Part shown: positions 9,692 to 19,751 of the stretch, one piece after another
Layout: each line of letters begins with the position of its first letter
How positions within the stretch are numbered: the stretch's first letter is position 1
DNA from: Opitutales bacterium
Lineage (GTDB): Bacteria; Verrucomicrobiota; Verrucomicrobiia; Opitutales; PNEW01
Assembly: GCA_965197745.1 (NCBI GenBank)
Contig: CBDANS010000005.1
Span: forward strand, 445,562-509,561
Direction of reading: 5' to 3'
Length of the DNA: 64,000 nt
Program-made: the position numbers and the translations under genes
Notes under the pieces: model-generated
The model's database searches: none
What the model saw: only the letters and a program-made list of their open reading frames with translations
What the model was told of the DNA's origin: nothing

Positions 9692-10688
9692 TTAAGTGAG
9701 AGAGTTCCCGGGTATTAATGGTTTTAGGATTGATGTATATGAGAGATCTTGGCGAAGTGAGGGCGTAGCCCGAACGCGGCCAAGATCTGAAAGGAATGTG
9801 ACAAACTCTTGTGGGCTTTGAAAGCCTAAACGACTGTGGGGATGATCATGGTTATAGGTCTGGCGCCATTGTTCGATTACAACTTGTGCTTCAGCCACGC
9901 TGAGCAACACTTCACGGTTCAAACACTCATCGCGTAAGCGGTTGTGAAACGACTCGATGAAACCGTTTTGCCAGGGACTGCCCGGATCGATATATATCGC
10001 CTTGATCTTTTTGTCGGACAACGACTGCTGCACTTGATGAGCAATGAATGGCTTCGCATGTCGTCGCTTCGCTCCTCGGAACACTGCCGTTGTCACTACG
10101 GATATAGCTGGGAGCTCCCTCCTTTTCAATGGCCTCGCTAAGCACAGAGAGGACATCCGATGAGGGGAGTTCACGAGCGACCCGGATATCCAGACATTCA
10201 CGCGTATATGTCTTCGCTTCGCTTGAGTGTCGTCGCTTTCAGCTCCTCGGTACATCGATCAGAGTCATCATCTTTAATGGACCGCCATGGTCTGTGCGAT
10301 CATGGACAAAGTCCCAGGACCAAAGGTGATTGCGACCGGTTGCTTTAGTAGGCGACCCCGTAGAGACCCCTTGACGGTGTCTACGCTTTTTAGGTGGCTT
10401 TACCTGCAACCCTTCTGAACGTCGTACTGCCTGAACAAACTTCCTGTTTGTTGTCCAGCCTTCCTTTACGAGCAAGGCACGGATGCGCCGGTAACCGTAG
10501 CAGGGATGTTCCCAGGACAGGGTTATAATCCGCTCGGCCAACCGCTGAGCTTTCTTACTGGCCTGCTTGGGCTGGTAGCTGAAAGTTGACCAACTGAGGC
10601 TGAGGTAGGAACAAGCCCTTCGCAACGAGCACAGCCCTCTCTCAGCCGCATCTTTTACTACTCGCTTCTTCTGCTTGGGGCTCACCAC
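9692..10688 (-). pseudogene. IS3 OrfB DDE integrase, interrupted at 10210-10252 and 10050-10081
   Basis: WSWDF, LID|YTRECL, SDNGS|FI and PGSPWQNGFIESF all join into one frame if each insert is replaced by a single nucleotide. Confidence 0.85.
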
Positions 10689-10948
10689 TTTTTTGACAGC
10701 GTTTCCTCCATTACCTGATTCTTAAGCATTTGATCAGCGAGCATCTTCTTCAACTCGGTGTTTTCTTTTTCCAGCTCTTTAAATCGCTTCGCATCGGCTA
10801 GTTCCAAATTGCCATACTTTTTACCCCAGCGATAGAAGGTCTGTTCACTCACGTTGTTGCCTCGGCAGATTTCCTCTACCGTTTTTCCGGTATCGGCTTG
10901 CCGCAGTATTGCGATGATCTGTTCTGTTGTGTATCTTTTTCTTTTCAT
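10682..10948 (-). CDS. IS3 OrfA (HTH)
   Basis: MKRKRYTTEQII...VSEQTFYRW...LEKEN..LKKMLAD. Confidence 0.93.
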   Translation of the reverse strand: MKRKRYTTEQIIAILRQADTGKTVEEICRGNNVSEQTFYRWGKKYGNLELADAKRFKELEKENTELKKMLADQMLKNQVMEETLSKKW

Positions 10949-11274
10949 GAGGTTATCTGTTTATCCCGATAACCTCTCTCTGTTAATGATACCATTTTTG
11001 GGGGTCACTCCAGGAAAGAGGAGCGACAAACGGGGACTAATATGATGTTCCTTTATTTTTTTTTAAAAATTAAATGTCATTCAAAAAATTTAAGTATTCT
11101 GAACTGTATTATTATCAAAAACCTGTAAAAAAAATAAGGTTTAAATTTCATGCTGGTATTATATGTAAAAATAAGTATAAACTATGGTATATTTAGATAT
11201 TATTTTTATTTTTAATCCTACGATTAATAGTTGAATTAAACTTTATTAAACAGGTATAGGATAAAAAAAACCGT

Positions 11275-11736
11275 ATGATACCAAAACCGGTTAGAAAAGT
11301 AGCGTATTTAATCATCTTTATTGCGCTGGGTTACTATGCTTTCAATGTTATCAGATTGCATACCCGTCAGGAAGTAATTGCCTTTAAAAATTATTCAGGC
11401 GCGCTCATTGACGGTAATGTTAATGTTGGCCGCAAGTTAGTAGCAACCAGGGAGGCATTGGACCCCTTTAAAAAACGTAAGAAGCGCAACGAAGCATTAC
11501 GAGGAGAAGTACGATTTACCTGGTATAAAATTAGAAGCATCCGACGCGGGAAAAATGGTAAAACAGCCAATCTGGAAATTCGTCAAATCATTCGTATTGA
11601 TCCCCCGGGCAGTGACACCCTTTTCGGAACAGATAAGATAATGAATAATCAAAGAGTTGCTATGATTCAAAAAGAATCCAATTGGAAAATAGAAAAGTAT
11701 AGTGACTCTTATTATACTCCAGGGATGAAAGAATAG
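11275..11736 (+). CDS. Hypothetical membrane-anchored protein (possibly NTF2-like; C-terminal WKI motif)
   Basis: 153-aa ORF with an N-terminal transmembrane helix. Confidence 0.6.
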   Translation: MIPKPVRKVAYLIIFIALGYYAFNVIRLHTRQEVIAFKNYSGALIDGNVNVGRKLVATREALDPFKKRKKRNEALRGEVRFTWYKIRSIRRGKNGKTANLEIRQIIRIDPPGSDTLFGTDKIMNNQRVAMIQKESNWKIEKYSDSYYTPGMKE

Positions 11737-11930
11737 GTCGATGGCAATGCCCTGTATTTAAAACAGGGGTGAGTACTCAGCAGTCCGACCTTTGATATTT
11801 TTCATGGATTAATTTTCGATTTTATAGAATCGGCAAATAGCATACAGGGGTATTTGTTGACATCGATTTGGGGTGATGGTTCATTGATCGCCATAAGAAT
11901 CTCAGCGAAGTTGCCCATTTAAAATAGGGT

Positions 11931-12452
11931 GTGTATCCCCTGTTCCATTTCATGACATTCTCTATTAAATATGTCATTATAGTGATATTACTCGTTTGCG
12001 TCTTGGGATTTGTAATCTTGTCAGGGACGCGGAGTGAAGAGCGAAAAATTACTAAAAGATTAGGCGCGCTTCTTGAGTTGAATGAAAAAACCGGGTCGGA
12101 GAATAATCTCAATGCCCTGGTCAAAGCACGGAAAGCGGCGAATTTTTTTTTGGAAGATTGCGCTGTTGATCTCCCTTTCGGAAGTAAAATGGTGGCGGGG
12201 CGCGATCTTCTTACGGGGTCCATTGTTTAGCTGCGGTCCTAATCGAATACAATATCATTTTCAATAAGAGAACGTACATTCACTCTTGCCTCGAACGAAG
12301 TGTCGGCCGAAATGGGCGTTAAAGTTAAAGTGACGGGAAATTATATAAACGGTGATTATAATGACTTGATAAAATTCTATCTCGAATGGGAAAAAGTTGA
12401 TGGGGAATGGTATATTGAGCGCGTCTCGATACCTGAATATCAGCAAAGGTAG
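11931..12452 (+). pseudogene. Hypothetical membrane-anchored protein with two in-frame stops
   Basis: The same frame continues past TAG (12228) and TAA (12240) to ...LEWEKVDGEWYIERV..* at 12452. Confidence 0.65.
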
Positions 12453-12529
12453 GGATGGGTAAATTGACTATCCCGACTTTTTTAATTCAATTCTTGATTA
12501 TCGTGAAATCCCTTTTAGATTTTTCATAA

Positions 12530-13294
12530 ATGAAATCACCAATGCTCGATCAAGATCAAATTCAACATTTTAAAAATAACGGTTATCTCACGGGAATCCC
12601 TATTGTTGATGAAGCCGGATCCGGCCGTTATCGACAGCAATTCGATGAATTAGAAAAGGTCGAGGGAAAGGAGAATAGTCAGATTGGATTACAGGGAAGA
12701 CACGGTGATGTAGAATTCATTTGGGACCTTGCTTCGAACCCGAAAATCCTTGATTGCATTGAAGCGTTGCTTGGTCCGGACATTCTGCTTCTGGCATCAC
12801 ATTGTTTTTGTAAATACGGGGATGGGGAAAAGTCATCCAAGTTTGTCGCCTGGCACCAGGATGCCACCTATTGGGGGTTAAAACCACCGGTTACGATAAC
12901 GGCCTGGTATGCCATTGATGATAGCAATCAGGAGAATGGCTGCATGCGGTGCATCCCCGGTAGTCATAAAGCAGGTCTGCGTTCGCATGGGAAGTCATTG
13001 CAGAAAGGTAATTTATTAAGTATCAATCAAGAAGTAGAAGTGAGTGAAGCGGAGGAAGAAAAAGCCGTAGATCTGGTCCTGAAAGCGGGGGAAATATCAC
13101 TGCATGATGGCATTATTATTCACGGCAGCCTTCCCAATCAATCTTCTCATCGCCGTTGCGGTTTGACTCTGCGCTATGTCCCTTCCTTTGTCCGGAATGT
13201 TGCCAAAAATTCTCTTGGAAAGAAATGGGGAGCAGTCTTGATGAGAGGTGAAGCGAGGGAAGATCATTTTAAGATTAAAGAGAACCCATTTTAG
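12530..13294 (+). CDS. Phytanoyl-CoA dioxygenase (PhyH) family Fe(II)/2OG dioxygenase
   Basis: WHQD, NGCMRCIPGSH, HGS.PN.S..RR motifs. Confidence 0.9.
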   Translation: MKSPMLDQDQIQHFKNNGYLTGIPIVDEAGSGRYRQQFDELEKVEGKENSQIGLQGRHGDVEFIWDLASNPKILDCIEALLGPDILLLASHCFCKYGDGEKSSKFVAWHQDATYWGLKPPVTITAWYAIDDSNQENGCMRCIPGSHKAGLRSHGKSLQKGNLLSINQEVEVSEAEEEKAVDLVLKAGEISLHDGIIIHGSLPNQSSHRRCGLTLRYVPSFVRNVAKNSLGKKWGAVLMRGEAREDHFKIKENPF

Positions 13295-13375
13295 GGAGGA
13301 AGATAAGACATTCCCAGGTTTATTAATCCGGAATATCTATTTATTGAATTGGGCGAAGGGGATAGATAGAGTTTA

Positions 13376-14265
13376 TTATCGCGAGATATAGTAGACTCTT
13401 TCTGCTGAGAGATCATACCCACCGGAAATATTTATTAAATTGTTTGGGGTTGAGTAATCAAACGAATATCCCTCAACAATGGTTGCTTTGGTCATCGCTT
13501 CCCATTTTATAAACTGTTCTTCCTCGCTGAGTTTATCCATGCCTTCGATGGGGGTATCGGTGTAGAATAGATAACGCGTAATGGTCAGGGGTTTCTTATC
13601 TAATTCTTCAATTTGCAGGTCATTTTCTTTAGCCCAAATTATGAAGTCGTTTTTGGATATGGAAAACTCATATACATAAAACCGCTGATCTATATAAAAA
13701 GAAACGTTTGAAGCAGTCTTAGGCAGCCAATCCACGGAATCTAAATTCTCACCGAATTCAAAATCAGATCCACTATAGATAATGATATTTACGACTATTA
13801 TTAAAATAATCAGGGTGCTTAGAATTGCCAGTTTTCGAATGTCACCAAACGCTTCGCCGAAATTTTGTGAGAAAGTTTCTGCTTTGGGGGAGCGGGACGG
13901 TCCCTTTTGGCTTCTATTTTATATGATTTATATTCAATCTCTTCCTCTGGCTTTTCGGTCCCAACTTCGGTTTTCTTATCAATCGTCAATCGTTCTATAA
14001 ATCCGTCTTTTCCTATATCATTTTCGGCGTCGTAAATATTGAAGTAATATCCGGCAATATCACTCGAGCCGTCTTCACTCTTTTTATGAGCGGCATACAT
14101 CATCACCGTGCTGAAAGTGGCTCCGCTGGGGACTTCGTATGAATCAATTTTTATACTCTTCGACTCCGATTCACTTTTAAATTCCTCAGCTTTTCTCATG
14201 CTGCTAAATGCAGCGACCGCTTTTTGCGAGCCATTGGAATGGTCAATAATGATGTAAAAAGTCAT
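13376..14265 (-). CDS. Hypothetical membrane protein, two ORFs joined by a one-base frameshift
   Basis: Adding one base to the G5 run at 13886-13890 joins 13819-14265 to a frame with a transmembrane helix (IRKLAILSTLIILIIVVNIII) that runs into 13376-13735. Confidence 0.6.
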
Positions 14266-14454
14266 TTGAGAAATATTACTTTATGCTTTGTTAGATATGC
14301 TAACCAATCATCTGCAAGAATTTAAAGATAAAACTATATCTTGGAGCAATATAGTCAATAAATGAGATCAGCTAAGGGGACAACACTTCTTGGAAATTGA
14401 GGGAAGAAAGTCAAGGCGCGGGAAGAAGCTCAAAGCAAGTGAATTATGGAATAC

Positions 14455-15588
14455 TTAAGCCGACTCAGGGGTCAGACATTCATTGAAGAAAGATATAATA
14501 ACTGCGCATTCCAGACCAAAAGGTAAATAGCCAAGGTAACCGGCCAACGGCATTTCAAAGATATGAAAAGCTTGAAAATAAGGTATCGTATAGACCCATT
14601 TCGCGAAGCTGAAGAAGTTCCACATTTCCCAGCAAAAACCACAAATTAAAGCAGCGAAAGCCCAGGTTAATGTGTAGGAGCAGGTCCCCCGGGTTATCCC
14701 ACCAAGGTTAATGGGGCGACCCGATATCCGGTTAATAGATAACCAGCATAATAATGGGCCCGCCCAGAGAAGGGGGTAAACGATGTGAGGATAAAGCCCA
14801 ATGAAAACAAAGGCTAGAGAAAGAGCAAAAAGAATAATTATGGCCAACTCTTTTTCCCAGGGTAATACCACGGGAGGACAATGGTCCAGATAGCTCTGTA
14901 AGGAGGGGTAGGTTTGTAGCAATTGTTGCGTACTGAATACAGCTGGGAGCACCGTGGAGAATGACAATGAAGCGTGAATAAAGTACTCACCTACGCTTAC
15001 TTCATCGAGGCCCAGGTACCGCCAATTATAGACAAAACGGTTTAAATATTCAAAGCCCCACCAAAATACCGAACTAAGAGGAAAGTATAAAAAGAATAGT
15101 TTCGGACGCTCAAACATGGGAGAGGATTCGATTCGCCAGTGAATCAATGCGTTGATTACTATAATATAGGCAAGCCAGAGGGGGGTAAAAGTATACAATT
15201 GAAATGCCGAGAACCAGGAATAGCGACTCCATGCTAAAATCCAAAATGTGACAAGAGCGGCAATTCCTATCCACCCCCAACGGGGAAATGGCTGTTTTTT
15301 ACGATTGTGTTCCTGAGATAGGACAGGGCTTGATTTTCTCAAGCCCAGGTATATTCCAATAATCGCTGAAACCAAAACGACAAGGAGGCAAAACAGATAG
15401 GGAGAAAAATGCGGGTAGTCAGATGGTGCTGCAGGAGGAGGAAATCGAAAGTAAGGTTTGAGAGAATTTCCCGTCAGAGACACTCCGATCAGGGGTAATC
15501 CAAGGCAAATAAAAGCAAGTAATAATATTTTAATAAACCTGAGACTAATAGGTCTCTTATCTCCGCTGATATTTTTATCCCACTCCAT
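14455..15588 (-). CDS. Polytopic membrane protein
   Basis: Many transmembrane helices; WEMWN..S.AKW.Y and FEMP..GY.GY.PFGLE motifs. Start placed at the ATG just after the HDAC stop. Confidence 0.75.
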   Translation of the reverse strand: MEWDKNISGDKRPISLRFIKILLLAFICLGLPLIGVSLTGNSLKPYFRFPPPAAPSDYPHFSPYLFCLLVVLVSAIIGIYLGLRKSSPVLSQEHNRKKQPFPRWGWIGIAALVTFWILAWSRYSWFSAFQLYTFTPLWLAYIIVINALIHWRIESSPMFERPKLFFLYFPLSSVFWWGFEYLNRFVYNWRYLGLDEVSVGEYFIHASLSFSTVLPAVFSTQQLLQTYPSLQSYLDHCPPVVLPWEKELAIIILFALSLAFVFIGLYPHIVYPLLWAGPLLCWLSINRISGRPINLGGITRGTCSYTLTWAFAALICGFCWEMWNFFSFAKWVYTIPYFQAFHIFEMPLAGYLGYLPFGLECAVIISFFNECLTPESA

Positions 15589-15590
15589 AT

Positions 15591-16541
15591 TCAGGGTGTC
15601 GACCCATTGAGGACACGCAAGTGTTGGTAGACAGAGCGGGGAAGCGCTTCTAAATCGTATCCTCCTTCTAAAATTGAAACAAGACGACCTTGACAATACT
15701 TGGCCGCAATCTCCTGGACCATAGCAGATAATTCGCCATAGTCTTCATCTTCCAGGTTGATGGCCGCGAGCGGATCATTGTGATGCGCGTCGAAACCTGC
15801 GGAAATGAGAATTAAATCCGGTTTGAATAATTCCGCTGCCGGCTTAAGTTTATTAATAAACGCATCTTTATAACGCTCAATTCCCGCACCGGCGGAGATG
15901 GGAGCGTTCAGCGTGAATCCTGTTCCCGATCCGGATCCGATTTCACTTGCGGCACCCGATCCGGGGTAAAAGGGGAATTGGTGGGTGCTGAAAAAAAAGA
16001 CGGTGGAATCCCCATAGAAGCTGTCCTGAGTGCCGTTGCCATGATGCACATCCCAATCGATGATAAGAATATTTTTCAGACCATATTCGATTTGGGCATA
16101 ACGGGCGGCAATTGCTATATTATTAAAAAAACAAAATCCCATAGCCGCACTGTGGAGTGCGTGATGCCCCGGAGGGCGACTACAGCAGAATGCATTATGG
16201 TGCCCATCCTTGAGGACGGAATCCACACCCTTGAGGGCCGCTCCTGCAGCGAGGCGGGCAATCAGGTAGGATTCTGGACAAGACCGGGTATCACCCTGAT
16301 CTATTATAAGTTCACCCGATGCGCATGCATTTTTGACATATTTTCTGTATGCAACACTATGATTAGTCTCGATCCAGCGCACTTCAGCCGGTTCCGGCTC
16401 AATCCATGCGATCGCATTGGAGAGATCTGAATTCTTAATGAACTCATAGACAATCCGGGCACGTGTTTTCGTTTCGGGATGTGAAATTCCCGTATCGTGC
16501 AATTCGAAATCGGGATGATAGATAAATGCGGTCTGCGCCAT
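15591..16541 (-). CDS. Histone deacetylase family protein
   Basis: HPE, RPPGHHA, GFCFFNN, DWDVHHGNGTQ, SAGFD and LEGGY motifs. Confidence 0.95.
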   Translation of the reverse strand: MAQTAFIYHPDFELHDTGISHPETKTRARIVYEFIKNSDLSNAIAWIEPEPAEVRWIETNHSVAYRKYVKNACASGELIIDQGDTRSCPESYLIARLAAGAALKGVDSVLKDGHHNAFCCSRPPGHHALHSAAMGFCFFNNIAIAARYAQIEYGLKNILIIDWDVHHGNGTQDSFYGDSTVFFFSTHQFPFYPGSGAASEIGSGSGTGFTLNAPISAGAGIERYKDAFINKLKPAAELFKPDLILISAGFDAHHNDPLAAINLEDEDYGELSAMVQEIAAKYCQGRLVSILEGGYDLEALPRSVYQHLRVLNGSTP

Positions 16542-16609
16542 TTAGTTGAAGAGTAGGGGATAGCGCTAATGCTAACAGCTAAATTGGGTTAATATTAATG
16601 AGGTGTGCG

Positions 16610-17374
16610 TTAGGCGACCTTGGCCGGGCAGCGTCCCAAAGCCATGATTTTATTTGAGAGCAATTTTATTCGGCGGTCATGAGCAATGGCGCGGGTATCG
16701 TAATGGCGAAGAAGATTCCAAAAAAGATGAGAGTGATCGAGATGAATTAAATGAGCTAATTCGTGAAGGATAATGTAATCATGTAATTCAGGTTCTAAGA
16801 GAATCAGCCTCCAGTTCAGGGAGACGTGAGCATCTTCCGTACAGGTTCCCCAAACCGTTGACTGATCGCGCACCGTAACCTGTTTTACATTTATGTCGTG
16901 ACGGTCAGCCAAATTTAAAGCATGCTTTTTTATAAGGTCTCGGGAAAAGGGATAAAGGACTTGTTTAATAGGTTCTTCACGATCGTGACCCGGATCGAAA
17001 CGAATGGTTACCGCACCTGCGGAGTCGTCGTATAAAAGAGTGGGACCCCCTTTAATAAAACCGATGTTAAGGCTGAGTTTTTGAGAAGCAGAGGATATAA
17101 ACTTATTCTTATGAAGATATTCAAACAGTGTCACATGGCGCGTTGATTTCTTGTAATGTTCATCGATCCAGTCTCCGTGACTCTTCAGAAATTGAATAGC
17201 TTCTTTTTCTGAAGCGCGCCAGGGAATGGTGACAATGACAGTATTGATGGGGTCTATATTCAATCTGAAATGCCTGGATTTTTTCGAGCGCCGGATTTCA
17301 AAATAGACCAGCATTTTCCCCCCTGCGGTATCGACTTCGCAGAAGTTATTTGAGCTTTCTTTGACGCTGTACAT
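16610..17374 (-). CDS. YgjP/DUF45-like M48 metallopeptidase
   Basis: WGTC, LNWRL and YIILHELAHL..DHS..FW motifs. Confidence 0.88.
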   Translation of the reverse strand: MYSVKESSNNFCEVDTAGGKMLVYFEIRRSKKSRHFRLNIDPINTVIVTIPWRASEKEAIQFLKSHGDWIDEHYKKSTRHVTLFEYLHKNKFISSASQKLSLNIGFIKGGPTLLYDDSAGAVTIRFDPGHDREEPIKQVLYPFSRDLIKKHALNLADRHDINVKQVTVRDQSTVWGTCTEDAHVSLNWRLILLEPELHDYIILHELAHLIHLDHSHLFWNLLRHYDTRAIAHDRRIKLLSNKIMALGRCPAKVA

Positions 17375-18017
17375 CCTTAATTTTATCTATCAAATTACTC
17401 GAGTAGCGTCGGAGCGCTGATTCAGGATCGATAGCTGCCAACCTGCAGGCAGCTGCTATTTCGAAAAGAAGAGCTCCGGCTTCTTCTTCATTCAAACTTT
17501 TACTTAATTCAGTTAACTTTTCTTCATCGAGTTCACTCCCGGTATCGAGCTTACCCTTCTGGATTTGTTTGTATACGTCTTTTGCATATAAAAGCGCCGG
17601 CAGGCTGGATGGTAATTCCTTAAATAAATTCGAAGAATCAGGGGTATTTTTTCTTTCACTTGCTTTAATTTCCTCCCATTGGGCCAAGACTTCATCGGGT
17701 TCACTTAAGCGCTTGTCCCCAAAAACATGGGGGTGCCTGCGAATGAGCTTCTCGTTGATTTTTGCGGCCACGGTTTGCAGGTCAAATCCGCTGGCTTCTT
17801 CAGCTAATTGCGCATGCATGACCACTTGCAGGAGAACATCACCGAGTTCTTCACACATATTTTCCATATTATTTTGATCAATGGAATCGAGAAGTTCGGC
17901 GCACTCTTCTATGAGGCAATGGGCAAGAGACTGGTGAGACTGCTTTTGATCCCAGGGGCAGCCATTGGGTCCACGCAAGTGAGCGACCGTATTTTTTAAT
18001 TCTCGTATCTGATCCAT
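17346..18017 (-). CDS. mazG: MazG nucleotide pyrophosphohydrolase
   Basis: LR.PNGCPWD, EELGDVLLQV and KLIRRHPHVFG motifs. Confidence 0.92.
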   Translation of the reverse strand: MDQIRELKNTVAHLRGPNGCPWDQKQSHQSLAHCLIEECAELLDSIDQNNMENMCEELGDVLLQVVMHAQLAEEASGFDLQTVAAKINEKLIRRHPHVFGDKRLSEPDEVLAQWEEIKASERKNTPDSSNLFKELPSSLPALLYAKDVYKQIQKGKLDTGSELDEEKLTELSKSLNEEEAGALLFEIAAACRLAAIDPESALRRYSSNLIDKIKDVQRQRKLK

Positions 18018-18101
18018 GTTTGCAGTTTCTTAAATTTTTCTTTCTTTATCTAATTATAATATCATATTTGGCAACCGGTAATAACTAAACTTGCTTTAAG
18101 G

Positions 18102-18896
18102 GTGGATAGACTAAATGAAATTATGGAGTGGAAACGACTGGAAATTGCCAGCCGCATCCGCCCGGTAGGGAATGATGAATTATCGCGTTTATCGGTAAGA
18201 GATAAACCGGGATTAACTTTCCAGAACGCCTTAACGGCATCCGATGGGCTCAGTATAGTCGCCGAGATAAAACGTTCATCGCCCAGTGCCGGTGAAATTG
18301 CCCTTGACGCTGGTGCTGCTGAACAGGCGCGTAAGTATTACAATGCGGGTGTTGAGGCTATTTCCGTGCTTACGGATGAAAAATATTTTTCGGGGCACTT
18401 ACGCGATCTCTGGGAGGTGACTGATTTTTTAGGATTACGAGATGATCCGGTTCCCTGTTTGCGCAAGGATTTTTTTATTCACCCCATTCAAGTAATTGAG
18501 GCAGCCGAAGCAGGGGCAAGAGCAATACTCCTGATCGTACGCGCGCTGGCTGATGATGAAATAAAGGCTCTTTTCGATGCAGCTGAACTGGCGGGGCTTG
18601 ATTCTTTATTCGAAATTCATAATGAACGGGAAATGGAGCGAGCGATCCAGAGCGGTGCGAGCATCGTTGGCGTGAATAATCGGGATCTCTCAATTTTTGT
18701 CACGGACTTGAAAATTTCAGAAGAACTCATTCCGCAACTGCCTGAAGATATTATCGCAATCAGTGAAAGCGGTATTTTAAGTGTCGATGATGCCGCGAGA
18801 GTGCGCGAGGTGGGAGCCGACGCCGTAATTATTGGCGAAGCCCTTATGCGGTTGGATGAGCCGGGGGAATTAATTACCGCGATACATGATCTATGA
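18102..18896 (+). CDS. trpC: Indole-3-glycerol phosphate synthase
   Basis: AEIKRSSPSAG, SVLTD, LRKDF, GVNNRDL and ISESGI motifs. Confidence 0.96.
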   Translation: MDRLNEIMEWKRLEIASRIRPVGNDELSRLSVRDKPGLTFQNALTASDGLSIVAEIKRSSPSAGEIALDAGAAEQARKYYNAGVEAISVLTDEKYFSGHLRDLWEVTDFLGLRDDPVPCLRKDFFIHPIQVIEAAEAGARAILLIVRALADDEIKALFDAAELAGLDSLFEIHNEREMERAIQSGASIVGVNNRDLSIFVTDLKISEELIPQLPEDIIAISESGILSVDDAARVREVGADAVIIGEALMRLDEPGELITAIHDL

Positions 18897-18906
18897 TTGA
18901 GTAATT

Positions 18907-19740
18907 ATGGTTGGCGGTATTCTTACACCCTCACAAACCCGTATTCTGGTTGAGCGGCTTGGAATAAAACCGCGTAAAACCCTCGGGCAAAATTTTCTTA
19001 TTGATGGAAATATTGTTCGTAAATCCCTGCAACTTTCCAATCTGCGTAAAGGTGATACGATCATTGAAATCGGCCCGGGTCTTGGGACATTGACACACGC
19101 CCTGCTGGCGGCAGGCGCGAAGGTTCACACCATCGAGAGAGACGCCACCTTGGCCGAGTATCTGGAGTCTACGCTGATCCCTGAATATGAATCGCAGTTT
19201 TTTCTCGTTCGGGGCGATGCCCTTTCAAATCCACTTGCCGGATATGAACCGGAACCCGAGAAAAGCTTTAAAATAGTCTCAAACCTTCCCTATGCCATCG
19301 TTACTCCCTGGCTTGATGCCATCCTTGATGGCCCCCTTCCCGTCTGTATGGTCCTGATGTTGCAAAAGGAAGCCGCCGATCGATTGATAGCCGTTCCAGG
19401 AGGTAAAAACTACGGAGCTGCCTCTATTTTTCTTCAATCTGCCTATGCATCAAAACCTGGACATAAAGTTTCGCAACGGTGCTTTTATCCTGTTCCGGCC
19501 GTCGATTCCGTATTGTTAAATCTCGTTCGGCGAAAAATCCCTTTTGTCTTTAAGAAAAAGACGAAGCTGATAATCCGAGGATTTTTCACACAGAGACGTA
19601 AACAAATAGGCACCCTGCTCAGAGATTTTTCCGAACTGGAACCCTGGATAAATAATCTCAGGACAGTGGGAATTGCCACTCAATCCCGGGCAGAAGCGAT
19701 CCCGCTTCAACATTGGCAAAAACTGGATGAGTATTTTTAA
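18907..19740 (+). CDS. rsmA: 16S rRNA m6,2A dimethyltransferase
   Basis: LGQNFLID, EIGPGLG, SNLPY and MLQKE.A.R motifs. Confidence 0.95.
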   Translation: MVGGILTPSQTRILVERLGIKPRKTLGQNFLIDGNIVRKSLQLSNLRKGDTIIEIGPGLGTLTHALLAAGAKVHTIERDATLAEYLESTLIPEYESQFFLVRGDALSNPLAGYEPEPEKSFKIVSNLPYAIVTPWLDAILDGPLPVCMVLMLQKEAADRLIAVPGGKNYGAASIFLQSAYASKPGHKVSQRCFYPVPAVDSVLLNLVRRKIPFVFKKKTKLIIRGFFTQRRKQIGTLLRDFSELEPWINNLRTVGIATQSRAEAIPLQHWQKLDEYF

Positions 19741-19751
19741 GCGGTATGGGG

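Larger units (their letters stand above)
9663..11012 (-). mobile_element. IS3-family element 1, orfB interrupted by two short structured inserts
   Basis: Imperfect TG...CA inverted repeats (TGATTGGACCCC.. / TGGAGTGACCCCC..), 4-bp target duplication GGAA (9659-9662, 11013-11016), and orfA/orfB with an A AAA AAG -1 frameshift site. Confidence 0.92.

Noticed and set aside
10050..10081. Inserts as sequencing artefacts or adapters
   Set aside because: They occur at the homologous codon in two divergent elements on opposite strands, with a third structural variant, and do not resemble adapters I recognise.
10210..10252. Hammerhead ribozyme or selenocysteine readthrough in the IS3 inserts
   Set aside because: CCGAGGA..GACG deviates from the CUGANGA..GAAA core at key positions and stems I and III are inconsistent between copies. 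The TGA is absent from the 32-nt variant, and readthrough would leave 14 extra residues in the catalytic core.
11040..11274. AT-rich tract as a replication origin
   Set aside because: No DnaA-box cluster or iterons were seen; it is probably a promoter region.
17346..18017. MazG plus M48 peptidase as an anti-phage system
   Set aside because: The MazG is the housekeeping type and sits in a core-gene context next to trpC and rsmA.
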